Positions 55,715-64,000 of a stretch of 64,000 nt of DNA are shown in pieces. The notes beneath the pieces are model-generated. The model had not been told where the DNA came from, made no database searches, and saw nothing but the letters and a program-made list of their open reading frames with translations. Every line of letters starts with the position of its first letter. Positions within the stretch are counted from its first letter, which is position 1. Position numbers and translations under genes: made by a program. The DNA is from Macrostomum lignano (taxonomy: Eukaryota): positions 248,001 through 312,000 of the forward strand of contig NIVC01000349.1 of the NCBI GenBank assembly GCA_002269645.1, in the 5' to 3' direction.

Positions 55715-57600
55715 TTAATTAGTTTTAGGCTGTAAGAGGTTAAATGGGTTAAACAACTCCGCTATCCTCTGTACATAACTTTTCTGGTTTAGCCTGATAG
55801 TTAATCTATCTGGAGCATGACGCTCTCTCGCTGGCCTAGCTTCTAAATTAATCCCTAGATTATTGTTATTATTTAATTGTACTGGCATAACTCCTTGTAC
55901 ACCTACTAAATTATTTTGATTATTATTTTGATGCTGCACTTGTTGATTTGGCACTAACTGCACATTATTTTGATTTTGCACTGGCATAAACTGCTCATTA
56001 TTTTGACGTTGCACTGGCATAAACTGCACTGCGTCTTCGTACTCGTCTTCACTTTCTGAGTCATTGTACACATTCGGCTGGCTATTGGCTAACTGTTCCC
56101 TATTGCACTGCTTCTTTTGTTCCTTTGGCTTAGTACGAGCTTCTTCCTCCTGATAATCTGCTTGTGGTACTTTCATTAAATTATCCCTATGCATAATAAG
56201 TTCTTCCTTCCTAGCCTTCTTATTTTTGGTGACTGGTCTAATCTTAAAGACTACTTCTGATAATTGTTCTACAATTTCGTAAACTGCCCTTTGCTTTATG
56301 TGAAATTTGTTAGCCTCTGTGTTAGCAATTACTGGATTATTGATAAATACTAAGCTTCCTACAGACAATATTTTCGGCTTAGGCTTATTAGAGTACTCCT
56401 GCTCACGGTTTTGTTGCACTAATTTTAATCTCTTTCTTGCTAGTTCTTGGCCTTCCTGCAGATTCTGCTGATGATCCTGGACATAAGATGGCAGGTCCTG
56501 AAACTGCTTTGGCTCGTTCAGCTCATTGTCACAGGGCATTCTGGCCTCTCGTCCAAAGACTAAATAGTGCGGACTAAATCCTGTGGCAGTGTGCGTGCTG
56601 GTTCTCAGAGCTGTTATGCAACCTGGCAACAGAACGTCCCAGTTGGAATGCTCCTTCTCCAGTAAACAGGTGAGAATTGATTTAATCTGCTTATTAAGGT
56701 TTTCTACTAAGCCATTGCTCTGCGGATGATAACTAGTTGTTCGAGTGTGTCTAATGCCATAGAGGTCTAAAAATTTCTTAAAGGCCCTACCAGTGAACTG
56801 TGTTCCCTGGTCTGTGTGAATCCATTGTGGAATCCCGAAATCAGCGAAAACTCGTTCTTGTAAAATTTTGATAACTGTTTTAGCCTTCTGATTCCTAATT
56901 GCGAATGCGAATGGAAATTTGCTAGTGCTGTCTATGACTGAAAGTATATATTTGTTTCCTGATTTGCTAGTTTGGCCAATAGGTCCTATTAGATTTATGT
57001 GCAATCTACCGAACGGTTCGACTACAGGATAGTTCTGAATTGGTGCCTTAATTCTTCGTCTAGTTTTGCTTTCTAGGCATGATTTACATTTGGCTACGTA
57101 GCGTTCAACTGCTGTTGCTAATCCTGGCCTCCAAAATCGAATTTTAATTCTCTGATAAGTGTTATCTCGACCTAGGTGTCCCGCTAACGGTGAATCATGG
57201 AATTGGTGAAAGACTTCACTATCCAGAGACTTGGGCAACACTACCTTTGGATCAGTCTGCCCCATAGATAAGTCTACTTTGAGTACACCGTCCTCAATTC
57301 TGAGCAACTCATAGTAACCTAAGAGGTTCCTACAGTCGTGGGTTAACTCTAGTCGTTCTTGAAATGTCGGTTTAGGCGAGTCATTCTCGATTAAATTTCT
57401 AACAAAGCCTACCGCCGGATCGGCTAGCTGTGCTGCGATCAATTGGTCACGGCGAACTGGGCTACGGAGATAGTCACTGAGCAGGGCATTGCATGCAGGC
57501 GGATTTCCGGTTTTAGGCTCCTGTCCCTGTCTATTGTCTAGCCTACTGCTACTAAAGATCGGAGTATTGTGTCGGTTCGTGACAGTGTCTTGTGACGAAC
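55715..57600 (-). CDS. Gypsy integrase region, out of frame with RT-RH
   Basis: HDSPLAGH...CKSC zinc finger, [19 protein letters not shown]; first catalytic Asp reads HINLIGP (D to N); frame change in the RH-IN linker. Confidence 0.88.
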
Positions 57601-60242
57601 AGCATGACGGAACTCCTGCTCGAGCTACAGGTTTCAGCGAACGCGGAATTGCCTGAGCTGACAGTAAAAGCTGATGCTGGGTCTGTATTCACAGTTGCCC
57701 TACAGCTTAGCGACCTGGCATGTGGGGACATCTCTTCCGGGTGAGGATCAGGGATCCTGGATAGAGCGTCAGCATTCACATGTTTAGGGCCACTCCTATG
57801 TTCTATCTCAAAATCAAATTCGGAAAGTCTTTCGATCCAACGACCTAAAATGTCTGTCTGTTCGGTTTGGCGAAGCAACCAGGTTAGGGCATTGTGATCA
57901 GTGCGCACCTTAAAATGTTTTCCTACGAGGTAAAATCTAAAATACTTCAGCGAGTCAACAATCGCTAGAAGCTCCTTCCTCGTAATCGGATATCTCGTTT
58001 CTGACTGCCTCATCTTCCGACTATAATACGCGATCGGCCTTTCTATGCCGTCGCTCTGAACTTGATTCAAGACCGCCCCAATTCTGACATCTGATGCATC
58101 AGTGTCTAACACAAAATAAACTTGGGGGTCTGTATTAAACTCTGGGTAAGCAAGCACTTCTTCGGAACACATCCGTTCCTTCAACGACTCGAAGCATTCA
58201 TCATGAATCCTGGTCCATTTGTCCTGGATACACTTGATGTTCTTCTTAGTTAACTCACAGAGTGGTGCTGCTACCTCGGCAAAATCTCTAACGAATTTTC
58301 TATAGTAGTTACAGAGTCCGAGAAAACTTCGAAGCTCTGTCACAGATTTAGGTTTCGGCCAGTTCCTAATTGCTTCTAATTTTGACGCATCTCTCTTAAT
58401 TCCTGTTTTGCCTATGACGTGTCCTAAATATTGTAGCTCTGATTTGAAAAGGTGACATTTCTTAGCCTTTAGTTTCATGTTAGCTTGTATTAGTCTCTTG
58501 AGCACTTCCTTCAGGTGTTCTAAATGGGCTTCGAAATCTGTACTGTAAACTATTACATCATCTAAGTAAGCTATGGCGAACTTTTGTGCAATGTCCTTAA
58601 GAACTAAGTTCATGCACCTTTGGAAAGTTCCTGGAGCTCCTTGCAATCCCATTGGCAACACTTCGTACTCAAACGAGCCTCGATGTAAAGTTGGAAAGCT
58701 AGTCTTGCACTTATCTTCTTCCCTAAGAGCTATCTGATAATATCCCGAAAATAGATCTAACGTAGAAAATTGACTGGCTCCATGGAGACATGAGAATGTT
58801 TCATTGATATTAGTTATTGGATACGGAAAGTACTCAGATTTGTTATTTAGTGCTCGATAGTCGTTAACTAATCTCAGCGAACCGTCTTTCTTAGGTACTA
58901 TGACTAATGGAGTCGAGTACTGCGAGTAACTAGGCCTAATTATGCCTCTAGCCAACATGAGATCCAACTGCTCATCTACCTCCTTGATCCAATGAGGTGG
59001 AATTTTCCTAGCTGGTATCTGAACTGGGTTGTTGTCCTTCAAGATAATTTCATGTGTGACTAAATGCGTTCTGCCTAAGTCCAACTCGTGCTGCGAGAAA
59101 GCTGCTGAATGTTCCTTGACGACCTCGATCACCTTTTGTCTCTGCTCCTGAGTCAGTTCATTTCCTATGTTAATCTCACTAATCCAATCTTCTGACTTCT
59201 CCTGCACCTGACTGATCTTTTCTCTACCTTCGCAAAACTGCGTGTTCCTATTCCGCTCTTCTTCTGGCTGTTCCTTGAGATAGTTAAGCTCGCTAGCTAA
59301 GAGTGGTTTAGCCATCCCTACTAATGCTGATGCTGGTACTCTAGCTTCCTGTGAACTGGTGTTGATCACTTCTAAATAAGCTTCCCCTTGTCTCAGAGTT
59401 ACTAAACTTGGCACTACAGTTACCTTCTCTGTTCTAGTCTTTAATCCTGATCTGAGTGGCTCAACAACTGATGGCACTCCGAAATTAGTTTCACTACCTG
59501 CTGCTAATCTGACTTTGACTAATCCTGAACTATTGGCTGGAACTGTCGTCTTTTCTGCGACATAGATTCTCCTAACCTGAGGCTTAGCTCTGGTTGATCG
59601 AAGCGGAATTCTAGTTCCTTGTTTCATGGTCAGCATTCCTGCATCGAAGTCAATAGTAGTACAATAATTTTGGACAAACGTCACACCTATTACATTGTCT
59701 ACATCTGCGTCACATAAGAGAAACTCAACTTCTTCTTCGAAATCGCCAAATGTTGCCTTAATAACTACGAAACCCTTAATTGGAATAGGTTCTTCCATAA
59801 AAGAAACAATTCTATTGTCCCAATGCTTAATTAGATGCCTATTCTTGCCAGTGAAAAGATGCTTCAAGGTTTCGCGTCCTAAGATATTTCTATTACTGCC
59901 AGTGTCTAATAGATAAACTATTTCCTTATTTAAAATGCTGCCAGTGATGTACGGATCATAACTTTGTTTTTTAGTTTGTTCAGTTAATTTTGGTTGTTTT
60001 AGCTGCTGCTTGCTAGAATAAGGTTGCTGTTGTGGTGCGGTTGAAAAGTGCTGAGAATAAATATTTGGCTGATTAAATGATTGATTAAATGATTGCGCAT
60101 GCGTACTGTTATACACTGAAGAATTCAATTCACTATTTACAGAAAAAGTATCGCTGCTATTTACAGGTTGTGAGGCTACAGACTGTGAGGGATCTACTGC
60201 TGGAAAGCGTTGCCTCCGACGCTTCCGTCTATTCCGTTTCCC
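57552..60242 (-). CDS. pol: Gypsy Pol: protease, RT, RNase H (entered by -1 frameshift)
   Basis: YLLDTGS protease, [37 protein letters not shown]; frame open back to GGGAAAC in the gag tail. Confidence 0.9.
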   Translation of the reverse strand, partial: GKRNRRKRRRQRFPAVDPSQSVASQPVNSSDTFSVNSELNSSVYNSTHAQSFNQSFNQPNIYSQHFSTAPQQQPYSSKQQLKQPKLTEQTKKQSYDPYITGSILNKEIVYLLDTGSNRNILGRETLKHLFTGKNRHLIKHWDNRIVSFMEEPIPIKGFVVIKATFGDFEEEVEFLLCDADVDNVIGVTFVQNYCTTIDFDAGMLTMKQGTRIPLRSTRAKPQVRRIYVAEKTTVPANSSGLVKVRLAAGSETNFGVPSVVEPLRSGLKTRTEKVTVVPSLVTLRQGEAYLEVINTSSQEARVPASALVGMAKPLLASELNYLKEQPEEERNRNTQFCEGREKISQVQEKSEDWISEINIGNELTQEQRQKVIEVVKEHSAAFSQHELDLGRTHLVTHEIILKDNNPVQIPARKIPPHWIKEVDEQLDLMLARGIIRPSYSQYSTPLVIVPKKDGSLRLVNDYRALNNKSEYFPYPITNINETFSCLHGASQFSTLDLFSGYYQIALREEDKCKTSFPTLHRGSFEYEVLPMGLQGAPGTFQRCMNLVLKDIAQKFAIAYLDDVIVYSTDFEAHLEHLKEVLKRLIQANMKLKAKKCHLFKSELQYLGHVIGKTGIKRDASKLEAIRNWPKPKSVTELRSFLGLCNYYRKFVRDFAEVAAPLCELTKKNIKCIQDKWTRIHDECFESLKERMCSEEVLAYPEFNTDPQVYFVLDTDASDVRIGAVLNQVQSDGIERPIAYYSRKMRQSETRYPITRKELLAIVDSLKYFRFYLVGKHFKVRTDHNALTWLLRQTEQTDILGRWIERLSEFDFEIEHRSGPKHVNADALSRIPDPHPEEMSPHARSLSCRATVNTDPASAFTVSSGNSAFAETCSSSRSSVMLFVTRHCHEPTQYSDL

Positions 60243-61225
60243 GAATTCTGCTGCTGAGGGTAATGCGGCTGCTGATACTGCGGCTGCTGATACTGCGGCT
60301 GCTGATACTGCGGCTGCTGATACTGCGGCTGCTGATACTGCATTTGCTGCTGAGCCGGGTACCTAAGCTGGTTCTGCGGATGTGGCTGTCTACAGTTCTT
60401 AGCTATGTGACCTAGCTTGCCACACCTGTTACACTTTACTGGGGGACGCCCTTGCTGATTCTGGCCTTGCTGCTGCTGACCTGACGGCTGCTGCTGCTTG
60501 ACCTTTTGCTCAACGTTCTGGTGGTGTCGGAGTAACTCCTGAAGCACCTTCTGCTGGTTTTCTAGCGCCTCACCCTGCTTGCGGACTAATTCCTTCAAGC
60601 TATTCTCAGCTTCTTCTCCTCCAGTTGCCTTACACTGCTGCGGATCTCTACCTCGGCGAGACATAGCGTACGCCATTTCAATACGTCGCAAGACTCGACG
60701 TGTCTCTTGAAGCGAGTTTACCTGAGCTAGCAGTAGCTTTTCTCTAGTCTCTGGGGCAACCCTAACACCTCTAATGAACTGTTCCACCACCTCTTCCTGT
60801 CTCTGATCGTTAGTTAGATGGGGAAACGCCCTGCATGCTAGCTCTGTTAGCTTCTCAGCGTAGTCATCAGTGCTCTCAGTTTTGCACTGGAACCTACTAC
60901 GGAACTCTTCCCTAGCTTCTTGAGCACTACCTACATGCGTGAACCGCTCGATTAGCCTATCTTTATAGTCTGCGTATGCTAGATTAGGATCTAAATTTAG
61001 CCTTGTCACGATAGCGAACGCTGACTGAACATCTAGGTTAGACAGTAGCTCATTCTTCCACTCAGCTGGGGGTATCTCATCTGCGATACACCTCTGCTCA
61101 AAAGCCTGAATCCACACGTCTATATCCTGATTAGGCGTGTACTTTTGGATCCTAATATGTTTCCTAATGTCTAGCCTGTCTCTAATGCCTTCAGCCAGTG
61201 CTTCTACTACGTCATTCGCTTCCAT
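60194..61225 (-). CDS. gag: Gypsy Gag (343 aa)
   Basis: Zinc knuckle CNRCGKLGHIAKNC; capsid-like helical region; QQPQY repeats. Confidence 0.9.
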   Translation of the reverse strand: MEANDVVEALAEGIRDRLDIRKHIRIQKYTPNQDIDVWIQAFEQRCIADEIPPAEWKNELLSNLDVQSAFAIVTRLNLDPNLAYADYKDRLIERFTHVGSAQEAREEFRSRFQCKTESTDDYAEKLTELACRAFPHLTNDQRQEEVVEQFIRGVRVAPETREKLLLAQVNSLQETRRVLRRIEMAYAMSRRGRDPQQCKATGGEEAENSLKELVRKQGEALENQQKVLQELLRHHQNVEQKVKQQQPSGQQQQGQNQQGRPPVKCNRCGKLGHIAKNCRQPHPQNQLRYPAQQQMQYQQPQYQQPQYQQPQYQQPQYQQPHYPQQQNSGNGIDGSVGGNAFQQ

Positions 61226-61668
61226 ATTAGTTTAATTTTAGGTTGGATTTTAGAATTAACGCTTCTGGTTTAATAATTTTGGTCAGTAAATTGGCAAGAC
61301 TCCAAATTTAGCTGCTAAATTGCCTAATGGTAAGACTTTAGTTAATAAAGTAGCAGTGACTCTACTTTTATTACTTCCGCCTTACTTCTGGTCTTAATTG
61401 AGACCTTACTAATCTTCTAGCGAAGAAACTAAGTTAGAATTCCTTTCAGGAGCGTTAATCCGTTCCTAATCCGTTAATCTCTTAATCTGAGATCAGACAA
61501 TCTTAGATCAACTGACTATGTACATTAATTCTCTAATTTAGAACCTAATTAGTAAATTTGTGTTAGTTTTAGTTCTAATTTCAGCACATAGGAGTTAATT
61601 CGTTGATCCCTTACTAATCCTAAGCTCCAGTCTAATGTATGCGCTTCTCGGGTATTCTAATCCTCTAA

Positions 61669-61678
61669 GCTGCCACCA
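61669..61678 (-). other. Primer-binding site TGGTGGCAGC (complementary to a tRNA-Leu-type 3' end)
   Basis: 2 nt after the 5' LTR; tRNA identity recalled from known tRNA-Leu 3' ends, not searched. Confidence 0.75.
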
Positions 61679-61680
61679 AT

Positions 61681-62237
61681 TGGACAAGTCGTGGTACCTG
61701 CGGTTTCGGCTACTGGTTTTCTTATTTGCTACTAAGGATTTTACTAGTGGATTATTGTCTGCTGTACTGATTTGAGATTTGGTAGAATCGCTGCCACCAG
61801 GTTTCCTGCTTTCCCTAATTCTAGTACTTTAGATTAAAGAAGTGAGTCAGGACACCAAAGATTATAGTTAACAGTTGGAAATATTTAATAATAAAGAGAA
61901 TGCGTACAAAAGGTTATTTATTCCCTAGTTTTATTCCCGTTGTGCGTTGGGCAAGACTCCCAATATTTAGAGGCAAGACTCCTCTGTGCAAGCCTAACCC
62001 TTATATTTCCCTTTCTTACCACTTCTTCGTGAACTCTCTAAGTTAAACAGGAGAAGACACTCCAACGAAGGCGTTTTTTTTCCCAAGAGCCCAACTGCTC
62101 TGTAGTTCTAAAGGAACCCCAATTTTATCCACTTACCCCCGCTCTAATTATTTCCCCGGGTTGAAACTACTGATAGTAGGGTAAAAGCATATTTAAACCT
62201 GCAAAATTTCCCGTACCTAAAATAATGCCCTACTACA
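61681..62237 (-). repeat. 5' LTR (557 bp)
   Basis: Direct repeat of the 3' LTR; followed on the minus strand by AT and then the PBS. Confidence 0.95.
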
Positions 62238-62989
62238 TTTAAAACAAAAATTAACTCGCGTGATATATTTTTGAAAATACGAGTAGTAAAACAAAATAGA
62301 TATCTTAGTTTTTGGCGTGAGTTTAAATTGGCTAAACGGTGATTATTTTTGTAAAGAAATCGGGAGGGGCCCTTTACAGGTACCAAAGTTTGTTATTATT
62401 TCAAAAAAAATTTGTTATGTGATCAAAAAGTCAAAAATGAACATATGTAGATTTTGAAATTTGAAGTAACAAATTGATACTGAGTCTAAAAAAGTAAATA
62501 TTCAGAAAGAGAATATAAAATTCTATGAAAAAGTATTTATTAATATTAGTTAAAAAAATGTTTCTTTATAAATTTTCTGTTTGAAAGTTTCATTTTCTGT
62601 TTTCAACCATTGTTTATAGTGACTTCCACGTGACTCCCATCAAAATTTTATGTAGAACATGATATATACATACTTTTTTATTTTCCTTTAGCGAAATCTC
62701 ACGGAAACATGTTTTTCCAAATGTACCCTCAATACATATTTCAGATGGATAAAAGCAAATGGACTTACTTTTCTGTTTTAGTATCCAAAATGGCATATAA
62801 ACACAAGGAAACAATGATCTCATTGCTAGATCTTACCACAACTCCAATAATGGTCTCAACCAATGTTTTGGGTAAATGGCAGGAATAAATACCTCGTCAT
62901 CTAATTAGTACTCTTTTCCTAATTTAGAGTACTAATTTAATGGGCATTTAAACTATTAAATTCTTTTGTCCATTGAATAGCGCACAAGC

Positions 62990-63545
62990 CTGGTTCTACA
63001 AAATGAGCCCCAGTCCACTTTGTATATGAAAAATGTGATGACATGGTAGGTGGTAGCTCCTGTAGAAAATGCAGCTGCAACTTTCTGCCGTAATGTTGAG
63101 ACAGTCTCCGGAAATTTCTGCCAGATTTAGCTGACAAATAATCTTTTTGAGTGCAACATGTGTAAGAAGCTCTAAGTAGCTCATTTGAGCAGAACCCTTC
63201 TGGAAAGGATGGACAGAGGCTTTAACAATAAAGGCAGTAACAACAACATCTCATTGAATTCTTGTTGAAGTGATGAACTTGAGCAGATTTTCAATAAAAC
63301 TGTAGGAATCCAGAATTTTTCTGCACTATGGTCTTGACTTTCTGATTTAAAGATTCGACACAATTCATCATATTATTACTGAGGCATGCGTCTTTGAGGC
63401 CCATAACCCACTGGTTGCGGATTGGATGCCAATTCTTTGTGAAGTAATCCATGAACTTTGCACTTGCAGTTTGCTGGAGTTCAAGCAGTTCTGAATTGTA
63501 CGTCGCCTCATCAGCAGCATATGCCAGGGCCTCAAGAATAATCAA
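62990..63545 (-). pseudogene. Mutator/MULE (ZSWIM3-like) transposase relic with a SWIM finger
   Basis: YFTKNWHPIRNQWV, VESLNQKVK, SWIM-like CSCIFYRSYHLPCHH; stops and frameshifts. Confidence 0.65.
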
Positions 63546-64000
63546 ACTTGTTGTGCAATTCCGGTTTCAAGTGTCGGGGTTATTATTCCCTTTGTTCCCA
63601 TTCTTTGGATTCCTCATTTTCGTGACTCATCCTGTTTTTCGTCTTCTTTGGGCTCTAGTTTCGCTTTGGATCGATAATTTTAGGGGGTCTTTGTACATTA
63701 GCATTGCCCTGGGTGAGTTCTTTCTTTGTATAAAATTTGGGGTTGGTCACGCAATCGGGGACGGCGAGAGGGCTAGAATTCGAGGTTGCGCAACAGACTG
63801 AGGGCTGTCAATAGACGCTTTTGATGGCAGTCGCATCTTTGTCTGGCCTGGGTTGGGCGCCTTAGATTGTAGGGGTGGGTGTGCGCGGGCTCGGGATCTC
63901 GCGGGGCAGGAGAGGGGGGAAGGGATTGAGGGGCTTCTTCGTTAGAGGCTTCACTCTCTGAGTCATCGCTTGCTTCTTCTATCTGGGCTTCAGGCAATTC

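Larger units (their letters stand above)
53798..62237 (-). mobile_element. Full-length Ty3/Gypsy LTR retrotransposon (8.4 kb) with an extra ORF
   Basis: Two TG...CA LTRs, 4-bp TSD TTTA (53794-53797, 62238-62241), PBS, PPT, gag, PR-RT-RH-IN order. Confidence 0.95.

Overview
Eukaryotic (metazoan, invertebrate-like) genomic window in two halves. Left half (1-28.4 kb): a complete 23-exon axonemal outer-arm dynein heavy chain gene (DNAH5/DNAH8 type) on the minus strand, 27650->5854. My hand-spliced model gives 13,794 nt / 4,597 aa, all introns GT-AG. Most of its longer introns are filled by a distinct tandem repeat, and RFX X-box-like motifs lie upstream. Right half (28.9-64 kb): a nested transposon cluster. 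It holds two MITEs and a 12.6-kb foldback-like element with ~4.1-kb near-identical inverted arms and a 7-bp flanking duplication; one arm is interrupted by a Chapaev-type DNA transposon whose empty site survives in the other arm. It also holds a mariner relic, a full-length LOA-like LINE with RNase H, a Merlin relic, a full-length Ty3/Gypsy element with a -1 frameshift site and an unexplained third ORF, and a MULE/SWIM relic. There is one assembly gap (37218-37683). GC-rich exons with repeat-filled introns are reminiscent of the flatworm Macrostomum, but that is inference only. Family calls come from motif recognition, not database searches.
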